Both the position numbers and the translations under genes were made by a program. Shown here one piece after another: positions 37,636-47,077 of a DNA stretch of 64,000 bases (its first letter is position 1; every line of letters begins with the position of its first letter). The DNA is taken from contig OY762429.1 in NCBI GenBank assembly GCA_963665655.1, forward strand, positions 248,161 through 312,160, in the 5' to 3' direction. The notes under the pieces are model-generated. The model made no database searches. It was not told where the DNA came from and was given only the letters and a program-made list of their open reading frames with translations. The stretch is from Terriglobia bacterium. GTDB taxonomy: Bacteria > Acidobacteriota > Terriglobia > Versatilivoradales > Versatilivoraceae.

Positions 37636-37800
37636 GCCGAGCCGCGGGCACACGCTATCGGACGGCAGCACCCTTGAGGACAGGTGTTCCCCCCAAGCAT
37701 GAATCGGTCCTGTCGGCGAAGCCACGCCAGAGTTTCTGCTTGTAATCTTCCTGCCAATCGTCCACACTCAACCCATCTTGAGGATAGATCGAGGCATGCC

Positions 37801-38640
37801 ATGAGTTCGAGAACACTCTGCGCCATGACCTTGCTCATCTCCCTGGGCCTGTCCTTCCCCGCCCCCTTCCAGGCGCAATCCTCAGTCGCCAACGAAGCTT
37901 ACGACCAAGGCCAGTACGGCACGGCCTATCAGCTTGCCCGTTCACTGGCTGAAGAGGGGGACGTCGAAGCTCAAGTCCTGTTGGGCAGGATGTTTGCATG
38001 GGGTCGCGGGGTTCCTCGAGACCAGGCTGAGGCCGTGAAGTGGTTTCGGAAAGCGGCCGAGCAGGGACACGGCTCGGCCCAATCCATTCTGGGCCTGCGG
38101 TACGCTTATGGCCGCGGCGTTCCTCAGGATGATACCCGGGCCATCCAGTGGTTTCGCCGAGGGACCAAGCGAGGCAACGCCGTCGCTCAGCACAACCTGG
38201 GAGTCATGTACGAAAACGGAAAGGGGATCGGGAAAGACGACCAACAGGCAGCTTACTGGTATCGGCTGGCCGCCGAGCAGGGTGTCCCTCATGCACAATC
38301 CAACCTGGGCAGGATGTACAGTGAAGGCCGAGGAGTCGCACAGGACAAACTGGAGGCCGTAAAATGGTTCCAGAAAGCCGCCGAGCGGGGACTACCCCAG
38401 GCCATGCACAACCTGGGCGTGGCCTACCTCAAAGGGGAAGGTCTCTCTCAAGACGACCTGAAGGCCTATGCCTGGGTCCATTTGGCAGCCGAGTTCAGCA
38501 GCCGGGGCTGGCGCACGCGTGAAGTCCACCAGCAGTCAACGGAACTGAAAGGCAGATTGGGGCAGCGGATGACTGCTGAGGAAATCAAGAAGGCCGAGCG
38601 TCTTTCACGAAAGTGGCGGAAGAAAATGTCCCGTAGGTAA
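37801..38640 (+). CDS. Sel1-like repeat protein, exported
   Basis: Signal peptide and about 5 SLR repeats (AQVLLGRMFAWGRGVPRDQAEAVKWFRKAAEQG etc.). Confidence 0.93.
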   Translation: MSSRTLCAMTLLISLGLSFPAPFQAQSSVANEAYDQGQYGTAYQLARSLAEEGDVEAQVLLGRMFAWGRGVPRDQAEAVKWFRKAAEQGHGSAQSILGLRYAYGRGVPQDDTRAIQWFRRGTKRGNAVAQHNLGVMYENGKGIGKDDQQAAYWYRLAAEQGVPHAQSNLGRMYSEGRGVAQDKLEAVKWFQKAAERGLPQAMHNLGVAYLKGEGLSQDDLKAYAWVHLAAEFSSRGWRTREVHQQSTELKGRLGQRMTAEEIKKAERLSRKWRKKMSRR

Positions 38641-38700
38641 GCCGGGGTGAGGCTTCCCCTTTCGCCGCCCCTACGCGACCGGCCCCCGCCGGCCAACTCC

Positions 38701-39324
38701 CTAACGAAGTTTCCCTACCTCAGTGCTGTCGACGATTCCAACACCGGCCCCTCTCATTTCATCCACTGCGCGTTTCACATCCCCCGGATTCAAATCGACG
38801 CCCCGGCAACAATCCCGGACCACAAGGGTCGCAAACCCCAAGGCCCGCGCATCCAGCGCGGTGAACTTGACACAGTAGTCGGTGGCCAGTCCCGCCACGA
38901 ATACCGTGCTCACACCCTTGTGTTTGAGGTAGTCCCCGAGGCCGGTCGCCATGCGATGGCCGTTATCGTAAAACCCGCTGTAGCTGTCAATTTCGGCATC
39001 GGTGCCTTTAACCACGACCTTGGCCCAGCGATCGGCGTTCAGACCCGGTGCAAAGTCAGCCCCCGGCGTATTCTGCACACAATGGACCGGCCACAGCGTC
39101 TGCTTGAGCCCCCCCAACTCAATGGCGTCTCCTACACGCCTTCCGGGATGGTTGGCAGCAAAGCTCCCGTGATCGGGAGGGTGCCAGTCCCGGGTTGCGA
39201 CGATCAACTCGAATCTTGTCTGCAACCGGTTCACCAGAGGTATCACTTCATCTCCGCAGGGAACCGCCAGCGCTCCCCCGGGAATGAAATCATTTTGAAC
39301 GTCCACCACTATCAGGGCTTCCAT
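38701..39324 (-). CDS. pncA: nicotinamidase/pyrazinamidase
   Basis: ALIVVDVQNDFIPGGAL, DWHPPDHGSF, WPVHCVQ, KG...SYSGF, GLATDYCV. Confidence 0.96.
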   Translation of the reverse strand: MEALIVVDVQNDFIPGGALAVPCGDEVIPLVNRLQTRFELIVATRDWHPPDHGSFAANHPGRRVGDAIELGGLKQTLWPVHCVQNTPGADFAPGLNADRWAKVVVKGTDAEIDSYSGFYDNGHRMATGLGDYLKHKGVSTVFVAGLATDYCVKFTALDARALGFATLVVRDCCRGVDLNPGDVKRAVDEMRGAGVGIVDSTEVGKLR

Positions 39325-40792
39325 GCCGATTGCTCTCCAGGATCATCTTTTCTCTCAGATGGTGAAGCCTGGACTCGAGACCCACCGCATACTGTCTGGG
39401 TCGGGTCAAGCGTTTCAGGGCAGGGTCCAACCGGACCAATTGCTCTCGAGCCCGTCGGCGACAGCAATCCACCGACTCCCGCTGACCGACCTGCTTTCCG
39501 TTTCGCCAGACCGGAATCAGCAGATCCTCACCGGTTTCCCATGCAGGAGACCGCCCTTCCCGGCCCGCCCTGCTGGAATCAAGCAACACCTGCCTCCCGC
39601 CTGGTCCGATTCGCACGTCATAAATGACATCTCCCACCAACCTCCCGGCCCGTTGGAACCGGCGGACTTGAAGGATGCCCGGGATCGACATCTTGAACGC
39701 CTGCTCAGACAGCTTCAGCTTGTAATCCCAGTCTCCCGAGGAACCGCGAACGGCCGCCAGCTTGTAGACTCCGCCCATGGCCGGCTGTCCGTCAGCCGTC
39801 ACCATCCTGGTTCCGACACCCCAGACTCCAACGGTTGCCCCCCGTTTCTTGAGAGAGGCGATGAGGTGTTCGTCGAGATCATTGCTGGCAATAACGACCG
39901 TTTCGGGAAATCCCGCCTCGTCCAGGATATTGCGGGCATCCCGGCTGAGCCGATCCAGGTTTCCCGAATCGAGGCGAATTCCCACCATCTCATGGCCCAA
40001 TCGTCTGAGCTGTTTCCCCACCCGGACAGCGTTGCGGACCCCCTCCAGAGTGTCATAGGTATCCACCAGGAAGACGCAATTGTTGGGGAGCGCCCTGGCG
40101 TACGCTTCGAAAGACTCAAGCTCGTTACCGAAGGCCATGACCCAACTGTGCGCATGAGTTCCCCGGACTGGAATTCCAAAGCGCTTCCCGGCCAGAAGGT
40201 TGGATGTGCCGGCGCAGCCACCGATGTAGGCGGCCCGGCTTGCAGTGAGGCCGCCATCGCTTCCCTGCGCCCTGCGCAGACCAAATTCCAGCACGGGGTC
40301 TCCGGCGGCCGCCAGACACACCCGGGCCGCCTTGGTGGCAATCAGCGATTGAAAGTTGAGGATATTCAGCAGGGTCGTTTCCAGGAGCTGGCATTGAATG
40401 ATCGGCCCGCGTACACGCAGCACGGGCTCGTGAGGGAAGACCAACGCCCCTTCGGGGAAACCGTCAACCTCGCAGGTCAGCTTCAGCCTTCCCAGATATC
40501 TCAAGAAGTCGGATTGAAATATCGGCCGGCCATCGTTGCCGGTCAACGTCGCCAGATAGTCGATTTCCTCGGCGCTGAAAGCGTATCGGTCCAGGGTTTC
40601 AATGACGCTGGCCAGCCCGCAGGCAATGGAAAAACCACCCCCAAAGGGATTGCTTCGGAAGGTAAGGTTGAAGACGGCTTCCTTGTCCTCCCAACCTGTC
40701 TTCCAATAGCCATAGGCCATGGTCAATTGATAGAGGTCGGTCAAGAGGGCGTACTGACCGCGACCATGCGCCTGATCGGAACCCAAGATCAC
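39290..40792 (-). CDS. pncB: nicotinate phosphoribosyltransferase
   Basis: LLTDLYQLTM, ETTLLN, EFGLRRAQG, GTSN, GTHAHSW, LVDTYD, IRLDSG, GVGT and GVYKL. Confidence 0.96.
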   Translation of the reverse strand: MILGSDQAHGRGQYALLTDLYQLTMAYGYWKTGWEDKEAVFNLTFRSNPFGGGFSIACGLASVIETLDRYAFSAEEIDYLATLTGNDGRPIFQSDFLRYLGRLKLTCEVDGFPEGALVFPHEPVLRVRGPIIQCQLLETTLLNILNFQSLIATKAARVCLAAAGDPVLEFGLRRAQGSDGGLTASRAAYIGGCAGTSNLLAGKRFGIPVRGTHAHSWVMAFGNELESFEAYARALPNNCVFLVDTYDTLEGVRNAVRVGKQLRRLGHEMVGIRLDSGNLDRLSRDARNILDEAGFPETVVIASNDLDEHLIASLKKRGATVGVWGVGTRMVTADGQPAMGGVYKLAAVRGSSGDWDYKLKLSEQAFKMSIPGILQVRRFQRAGRLVGDVIYDVRIGPGGRQVLLDSSRAGREGRSPAWETGEDLLIPVWRNGKQVGQRESVDCCRRRAREQLVRLDPALKRLTRPRQYAVGLESRLHHLREKMILESNRHGSPDSGGRSK

Positions 40793-40802
40793 TCATCTCC
40801 TG

Positions 40803-42302
40803 TCAGGGAAGGCGTGCGAAGCAATAGAGCGTCCGGCGGGTGCGAACGTAGAGTCGACTGTCAGCAATCGCCGGCGTGGCGTAACACTCTTCTGCAAGGT
40901 CGTTGAGAGCCAGTACCTCCCATTGACCTCCCGCCTTCAAGACCGGGGCCTTCCCGTTTTGGCTGATCAGGTAGACCTTGTCGTCTCCGGCGACGGGAGA
41001 AGAATAGTAGCGGTCGGTGGCCCCGTTCAAGCGGGCCTGCTTGAGTACTTTCCCACTTTCCGGATCCAGAGTGGTGACGATTCCACCGTCCTTGACCAGG
41101 TAGAGAACGGACTGGTACAAGAGCGGTGAAGAGACGTTCGGCAGGGATTTTCGATATCGCCAGAGAATATTGCTGCCGGTCAGGTCTCCGCGCCCTCCAT
41201 GCCGGATGGCCATCATGTTGTTCTGAGCCTCCAGGCGGGCTCGATAGAATTCCCAATCCAGTCGGCTCAGGAATCGATCCTTGTCCAGATCCACATTGCG
41301 CCAGGTCCTGGACGGCTTGAATCCTTCGATCTCCTCCAAGGACAACCGTCCGTCCCCGTCCGTGTCCCGTTCCGCCAAGACCTGGCCATGGGAGGGAAGG
41401 TCGACGCGAACGGGGCTATTTCCTCCGGATTCCCAGGCATTGAGGTAGATCCTGTCGCCGTCGATCAGCGGCACCGACTTGAGCTGCCAGGCCATGCCCC
41501 GCAGCCACCAGAGTTTCTCTCCTCGATCCAGCGAGTAGGCGATCAACTGGTAGGATCCCGGCACGATCAGCTCCGCGGGCTCGCCCCTGCGCCGAAATAC
41601 CGCCGGGGTCGAATAGCCTCGGGTGACCTCAGGCCTTTCCGTTTTCCAGAGCACCCGCCCGCTGTCCTTGTCCACCGCAATCATGTAGGAGCCGCTGTCC
41701 TGGTCACAGACCATGACGACCTTGCCGTCTGCCAGGATCGGAGACGCGCCGTGCCCATTGACGTTATTCAACGGTCCGACCGGCAATCGCCATCGTTCAC
41801 GACCGTCCAACTCATAGGCAACCAGGCCGAAATCCCCCAAGAATACGACCACGACGTCTCCATCGGTAACGGGCGTCGGAGAAGCGGCCGAGTTGATCTT
41901 GTGGTACCTCTGATCCCTTTTCCTTGCCAGGGAACGCTGCCAGAGGATCCGGCCTGTATCCCGGTCGAGGCCATAGGTGACCAGCCCATCCTCCGAGGCC
42001 CCGGTCAGGAACAAACGATCGCCGGCAATCACCGGAGAAGACTCTCCCGGCAGCAGACCAGTCTTCCAGACGACGTTCTCTTCCGGCCCAAAGCGGAGCG
42101 GGAGGTTTCGATCGTCGGAGACACCCATACCGCCAGGGCCCCGGAATCTCGGCCACACCGGGGCCTCGGCCGCTTCCCCGGCTCCCATCCTCGCGGGAAG
42201 CAAACCGGCGGCCAGTCCGGCTACCAGGACCGCCAGGACACAAACCTCAATCACACGGGTCACGGCATCGGGAAAGAGTTGGCGAACTCGTTTTCTTGGC
42301 AT
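40803..42302 (-). CDS. PQQ-like/BamB-like beta-propeller protein with EF-hand-like insertion (start uncertain)
   Basis: WPRFRGPGG, VVWKT, SSPVI, ASPTP, repeated Trp-docking motifs. DTDGDGRLSLEE and DLDKDRFLSRLD are EF-hand-like loops. Confidence 0.88.
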   Translation of the reverse strand: MPRKRVRQLFPDAVTRVIEVCVLAVLVAGLAAGLLPARMGAGEAAEAPVWPRFRGPGGMGVSDDRNLPLRFGPEENVVWKTGLLPGESSPVIAGDRLFLTGASEDGLVTYGLDRDTGRILWQRSLARKRDQRYHKINSAASPTPVTDGDVVVVFLGDFGLVAYELDGRERWRLPVGPLNNVNGHGASPILADGKVVMVCDQDSGSYMIAVDKDSGRVLWKTERPEVTRGYSTPAVFRRRGEPAELIVPGSYQLIAYSLDRGEKLWWLRGMAWQLKSVPLIDGDRIYLNAWESGGNSPVRVDLPSHGQVLAERDTDGDGRLSLEEIEGFKPSRTWRNVDLDKDRFLSRLDWEFYRARLEAQNNMMAIRHGGRGDLTGSNILWRYRKSLPNVSSPLLYQSVLYLVKDGGIVTTLDPESGKVLKQARLNGATDRYYSSPVAGDDKVYLISQNGKAPVLKAGGQWEVLALNDLAEECYATPAIADSRLYVRTRRTLYCFARLP

Positions 42303-42391
42303 GGAATCGGGGTCTCCTCGAAAAATCGCAAAAGGGTTCACTTCAAGGAACTCTACTGGCGTCTCCGGCTTCTCTCGCGGGATTGAAGTCG

Positions 42392-42937
42392 TCAGGGCGC
42401 CCGGTTTTTGGGATTGGCCAAAAGAAAGTGAAGGCCGATGAGCGTCTTGGCGTCGACGATCTTGCCCAGACGGATCAGTTTCTCCAGTTGCGTGGGGGAA
42501 TAGCGATGGACAGAGAGTTCCTCATCCTCATCTCCAGCCCTTCGCCCGGGCTCCAAGTCTCTAGCCAGAAACAGGTGGAGAAGCTCGTTGCAGAATCCCG
42601 GCGTCGTATAGAATGCCGCCAGCTTCTCCAACCTCCCCGCTCTGAAGCCCACTTCCTCCTCCAGCTCTCTGGCGGCTGTCTCCTCGGGCGACTCTCCAGG
42701 GTCGATCTTGCCCGCCGGCAGTTCCAGCAGAGACCGCCGCATCGGATAGCGGAACTGTTCCACCAGCAGGACATCCCCGTTTGAAAACACCGGCACCACC
42801 GCCGCGCCTCCGGGGTGCGCAACCACTTCTCGCACCGCCTGCGTTCCGGAGGCCATGGTGATGCGGTCGACCGTGAGATCGATCACCCGTCCCCGAAATA
42901 CGGTCCGGCTGTGGTCAAGCCGATAATGTTCGCTCAA
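42392..42937 (-). CDS. Nudix hydrolase, ADP-ribose pyrophosphatase-like
   Basis: REVVAHPG, VEQFRYP, Nudix box ELPAGKIDPGESPEETAARELEEEVG, TPGF, DEDE and DAKT. Confidence 0.92.
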   Translation of the reverse strand: MSEHYRLDHSRTVFRGRVIDLTVDRITMASGTQAVREVVAHPGGAAVVPVFSNGDVLLVEQFRYPMRRSLLELPAGKIDPGESPEETAARELEEEVGFRAGRLEKLAAFYTTPGFCNELLHLFLARDLEPGRRAGDEDEELSVHRYSPTQLEKLIRLGKIVDAKTLIGLHFLLANPKNRAP

Positions 42938-43304
42938 CGCTGCCTCCTGTTGACGGGGCCGGGACTCTCCCTACTGGGTCCTCAAATCTCACCGGGCCAC
43001 TGTTCAGACTATGATAAATAGTTCATTTCCAGAATCTTACAAAAATTATTGTGATGCCTTGCATGAACAGACGCCATTGGCTCCACTCTGGCTTGTCCAG
43101 GGCAAATGCCCGCGCCATCCTTCGATTCCCGGTGAGAAACAGGGACCGGCCGGAAATCAAAATACCACGGATCCGGAATCTTTTCAGTACTTCTACCGGG
43201 TAGCCCAGGGAAGGGTTGTTCTCTTGGTTGTGGACGGGGATTGCAGTCTTGCGGCGGGGACAAAAACGGTACTTCCAAGGATGCTGGTCGACTAGAGGAG
43301 TTCC

Positions 43305-43410
43305 AGCCCGCATTTCTCACCAGGCCGCTGAGCATACGGAAGAGCCGTGTTCGTCTTTAACATCTTGCAGTGCCTTGTTTGGAATCTTCAGCGTACAGAC
43401 TGTGCTGGGC
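43305..43410. mobile_element. truncated diverged copy of the 23.6-kb MITE
   Basis: Manual alignment to 23576-23680 gives 17 mismatches and 1 gap over 106 nt (about 83% identity), including the left TIR AGCCCGCATTTCTCACCA. Confidence 0.8.
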
Positions 43411-43426
43411 TCACGCCGGGCTGCAG

Positions 43427-43864
43427 CTACTTGCCCTCGGCTTCGGGTTGCTTCTCCCCGCTCTTGTCCTGGCTTTTGGCGCCGGCGGATTTGGATTTCT
43501 TCTCCGACTCTTCCGAAACCAGCTCGATGATGGCCAACTCGGCTCCATCTCCGGCGCGCGGTCCCAGCTTCAGGATGCGTGTGTACCCGCCGGGACGATC
43601 GGCATAGCGGGCAGCAATGCTATCGAAGAGCTTCTGGACGACAGCGGCCTTCAAAAGGAATCGGGCAGCCTGGCGCCTGGCATGCAGCGTCTCCTTCTTG
43701 CCAAGAGTGATCATCTTCTCAGCCAGCGGCCTGACCTCTTTGGCCTTTTGAACCGTCGTAGTAATGCGTTCGTACTCCAACAGCGACGTGCATAGATTCC
43801 TGAGCAGCGCTCGGCGGTGGGGAGGCGTTCGCCCCAGTTTTCGTCCGTGTACACGATGTCTCAT
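43427..43864 (-). CDS. rplQ: 50S ribosomal protein L17
   Basis: [24 protein letters not shown]...[12 protein letters not shown]. Confidence 0.97.
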   Translation of the reverse strand: MRHRVHGRKLGRTPPHRRALLRNLCTSLLEYERITTTVQKAKEVRPLAEKMITLGKKETLHARRQAARFLLKAAVVQKLFDSIAARYADRPGGYTRILKLGPRAGDGAELAIIELVSEESEKKSKSAGAKSQDKSGEKQPEAEGK

Positions 43865-43911
43865 CCAAACCCCCCCGAACGGCAAGTCCTGCCGGGAACC
43901 ACGGCCGGTCT

Positions 43912-44910
43912 TTACTGTTCTTCGCTCACCGGAGCTTCTACCGGCTGCCCTCGTTCGTCGAGCTCCATACCGAGACCCAGGCCCATGTTGCCCAAAATAT
44001 CCTTGATCTCATTCAACGACTTGCGGCCGAAATTCTTGGTCTTGAGCATTTCCGACTCGGTTTTCTGAACCAGCTCCCCAATCGTCTTGATACTGGCGTT
44101 CTTCAAACAGTTGTAGGAGCGAACCGAGAGTTCCAGTTCGTCAACCGATTTGGCCAGATTTTCGTTGACCACTTCCACGACCTGATTGGCAGGCTCCTCC
44201 TCATCTTCGGCCTGTTCCTCGAAGTTGATGAAGATGGACATATGGTCCCTGATCAACTTGGCCGCCAGACCTACGGCGTCCTGGGGCGTGAGGCATCCAT
44301 TGGTCCAGACGTCCAGAGACAACTTGTCGTAGTCGGTCATCTGACCCAACCTGGAGGGTTCAACCGTGTAGTTGACCTTTCGGACCGGGGAGTGAACGGA
44401 GTCGATGGGGATATAGCCAATCGAAAGATCGTCATCGAAATTCCGATCGGCGGAAACGTATCCTCGGCCGTGCTTCAGCCGCATTTCCATCTGCAAGCGC
44501 CCTCCTTCGCTTACAGTCGCCAGGTAGACGCTCTTGTCCAGGATTTCAACATCGCCATCGGTCTGAATATCGGCAGAGGTGACCACCCCCGGAGATTCCG
44601 ATTCCAGATGCAACGTCTTGGGCCCCTCCCCACTGAGCCTGAACGACACCTGCTTCAGATTGAGGATGATATCGGTTGCATCCTCCACGACTCCCGGGAT
44701 GGGAGAAAACTCGTGCAGGATGCCTTCGATCCTGACCGCCGTGACGGCGGCGCCTTCGATCGAGGACAACAACACCCGACGCAATGCATGCCCGATCGTA
44801 GTCCCAAAGCCCCGCTCGAAAGGCTGTGCCGTGAACTGTCCGTAGTGTTGCCCCTGATCCTCGCTGCTGATAGAGAGCCGTTTGGGCTTCTGAAATCCTT
44901 TCCACAACAT
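43912..44910 (-). CDS. rpoA: RNA polymerase alpha subunit
   Basis: [34 protein letters not shown], alpha-[15 protein letters not shown] and [10 protein letters not shown]. Confidence 0.98.
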   Translation of the reverse strand: MLWKGFQKPKRLSISSEDQGQHYGQFTAQPFERGFGTTIGHALRRVLLSSIEGAAVTAVRIEGILHEFSPIPGVVEDATDIILNLKQVSFRLSGEGPKTLHLESESPGVVTSADIQTDGDVEILDKSVYLATVSEGGRLQMEMRLKHGRGYVSADRNFDDDLSIGYIPIDSVHSPVRKVNYTVEPSRLGQMTDYDKLSLDVWTNGCLTPQDAVGLAAKLIRDHMSIFINFEEQAEDEEEPANQVVEVVNENLAKSVDELELSVRSYNCLKNASIKTIGELVQKTESEMLKTKNFGRKSLNEIKDILGNMGLGLGMELDERGQPVEAPVSEEQ

Positions 44911-45066
44911 AGGTGATAGACCCTCCCAGGGTTGGAGCCTGCCGGCCAATAGCCTGATTAAGGTCCGAAAGATGTTTCGAAGAAAACTTTCGGACGATCA
45001 ACGACTTGAACCCTTTGCAAAATTCCGCAGGTAGTTGAAGCCGCACGACGAATCTTGCAAAAGGCT

Positions 45067-45696
45067 CTACTTGGAATAAAGTTCTACGATCAAATGTTCC
45101 TGCACGGGCAGATTGACATCGTCTCGGGTAGGATGGGTCAGCACTCTCCCTGACAGGTTGGAACTATCCAACTCCAGCCAGGTGGGGACCCCACGACTTC
45201 CGACCATCTCCACTGAAGTCACGATGCTCGGCACCTTGCGGCTCTTTTCGCGAACCGAAACCGAGTCACCCGGCTTCAGTTGGAAGGAGGGGATGTTGAC
45301 CTTGCGATCATTGACACGAATATGGCCATGCCCCACCAACTGCCGGCCCTGCGCCCTGGAGGATGCAAATCCCAGGCGGTAGACCGTATTGTCGAGACGC
45401 CTCTCCAACATCCCGAGGAGGTTTTCTCCGGTAACCCCTTTTTGCCGGGATGCCTTTTCGAAATAATTCCGAAACTGACGTTCCATCAATCCGTAGATGC
45501 GCTTGACCTTCTGCTTCTCGCGCAATTGGAGACCGTACCCGATTATCTTGGATCGACGGCTCCTGCCATGCTGCCCGGGAACGAAATTCCTCTTTTCGAT
45601 GGCGCAGGAGTCCTTGAAGCAGCGGTCCCCCTTGAGGTACAGCTTGATTCCCTCCCGACGACAGAGACGACATACAGAACCGCGATAGGTGGCCAA
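45067..45696 (-). CDS. rpsD: 30S ribosomal protein S4
   Basis: [29 protein letters not shown]. Confidence 0.98.
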   Translation of the reverse strand: MATYRGSVCRLCRREGIKLYLKGDRCFKDSCAIEKRNFVPGQHGRSRRSKIIGYGLQLREKQKVKRIYGLMERQFRNYFEKASRQKGVTGENLLGMLERRLDNTVYRLGFASSRAQGRQLVGHGHIRVNDRKVNIPSFQLKPGDSVSVREKSRKVPSIVTSVEMVGSRGVPTWLELDSSNLSGRVLTHPTRDDVNLPVQEHLIVELYSK

Positions 45697-45743
45697 CTTC
45701 CTTCTCCTTGCTATGCTATGCAGATTTCAATCCGAATCTCAGG

Positions 45744-46157
45744 TCAAACCCGTCTCTTCTTGGGCGGACGGCAACCGTTGTGAGGAATGGGAGTGACATC
45801 TCGAATCGACTTGACTTCCAGCCCCACTGTCTGCAGCGCTCGAATAGCGGACTCGCGCCCCGACCCGGGGCCTTTCACCCGTACGTCCACCGTCTTCATT
45901 CCGTGCTCACGAGCGATGTTGCCGGCAGTGATCGAGGCTTGCTGCGCCGCAAAGGGGGTGCCCTTCCGTGATCCCCTGAATCCCAGGGATCCCGCGCTGG
46001 ACCAGCAGACCAGGTTGCCACGCGTGTCGGTAATGCTGACGATCGTGTTGTTGAAGGTCGCCTGGACGAAAACAATGCCGCTCAGGACAACCTTCTTTTC
46101 CTTTCTCCGAAAGACCTTCTTGCGTCCCTTCTTGGACTTGGTCTGAGCCTTGGCCAT
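45744..46157 (-). CDS. rpsK: 30S ribosomal protein S11
   Basis: [42 protein letters not shown]. Confidence 0.98.
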   Translation of the reverse strand: MAKAQTKSKKGRKKVFRRKEKKVVLSGIVFVQATFNNTIVSITDTRGNLVCWSSAGSLGFRGSRKGTPFAAQQASITAGNIAREHGMKTVDVRVKGPGSGRESAIRALQTVGLEVKSIRDVTPIPHNGCRPPKKRRV

Positions 46158-46191
46158 CACATCCACCCCAATGGAATCACGATTCCCGTTC

Positions 46192-46578
46192 TCAAGTCTT
46201 GGCCGTCGATTTCTTCCTGCCCGCCACGGCTCCTCTGCGAGGACCCTTGCGGGTACGACCGTTGGTGTGCGTCCGTTGCCCCCTGACCGGAAGCGACCGC
46301 CGATGCCTCAATCCCCGGTAAGAGCTGATCTCCATGAGCCGCTTGATGTTCATGGCAACTTCCTTGCGCAAGTCACCCTCAACGCCGCTCTGTTCCTCGA
46401 TGATCTGTCGGATGCGGGTAACCTCTTCCTCGGAAAGATCCCGCACCTTGGTGTCCAGACTGATTCCCGCCAGGTCAAGGATCCTGCGGGATCTTGGCCT
46501 GCCAATGCCGTGGATGTAGGTCAGACCGACTTCCACCCGTTTGTCGTTCGGCAAATCAATGCCAATGATCCGAGCCAC
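46192..46578 (-). CDS. rpsM: 30S ribosomal protein S13
   Basis: [10 protein letters not shown] (GTG start), [20 protein letters not shown]. Confidence 0.98.
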   Translation of the reverse strand: MARIIGIDLPNDKRVEVGLTYIHGIGRPRSRRILDLAGISLDTKVRDLSEEEVTRIRQIIEEQSGVEGDLRKEVAMNIKRLMEISSYRGLRHRRSLPVRGQRTHTNGRTRKGPRRGAVAGRKKSTAKT

Positions 46579-46623
46579 GTCCAATCCTTTCCAGGGAGGA
46601 GAACCGGAGACCGGCCGGTCCGG

Positions 46624-46737
46624 CTATCCCTGACGCTGCTTGCACTTGGGGTTTACGCAAATCACCCTGACCACCCCGTGCCGTCGGATGATTTTGCATT
46701 TCGGACAAATTTTCTTGACCGATGCCCTGACTTTCAT
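46624..46737 (-). CDS. rpmJ: 50S ribosomal protein L36 (not in the ORF track)
   Basis: Hand translation gives [37 protein letters not shown], 37 aa, between infA and rpsM. Confidence 0.97.
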   Translation of the reverse strand: MKVRASVKKICPKCKIIRRHGVVRVICVNPKCKQRQG

Positions 46738-46744
46738 GGCTGAC

Positions 46745-46963
46745 CTACTTGTAGCGATAGACGATCCGGCCCCGGCTCAAGTCGTAGGGTGACAACTCCA
46801 CCGCGACCTTGTCTCCCGACAGAATCCGAATGAAGTTCTTGCGCATTTTCCCGGAAATGTGAGCCAAAACCACATGCTTGTTCTCCAACTGCACCTTGAA
46901 CATGGCATTGGGCAAGGGCTCCAGGACAACGGCCATCACTTCAATGGCATCTTCCTTCGACAT
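46745..46963 (-). CDS. infA: translation initiation factor IF-1
   Basis: [40 protein letters not shown]. Confidence 0.98.
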   Translation of the reverse strand: MSKEDAIEVMAVVLEPLPNAMFKVQLENKHVVLAHISGKMRKNFIRILSGDKVAVELSPYDLSRGRIVYRYK

Positions 46964-47077
46964 TCAGGACCACATCCCTATAGCAGAGTTAAACCCGAAC
47001 TTCCAAGGATACAACAGGTTACCTACAATTCCAACACTTGACCCGGGCCGAAGCCAAACTTGCCGGATACTCCTGGC

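Noticed and set aside
39323-40906. 527-aa plus-strand ORF
   Set aside because: Antisense shadow of pncB.
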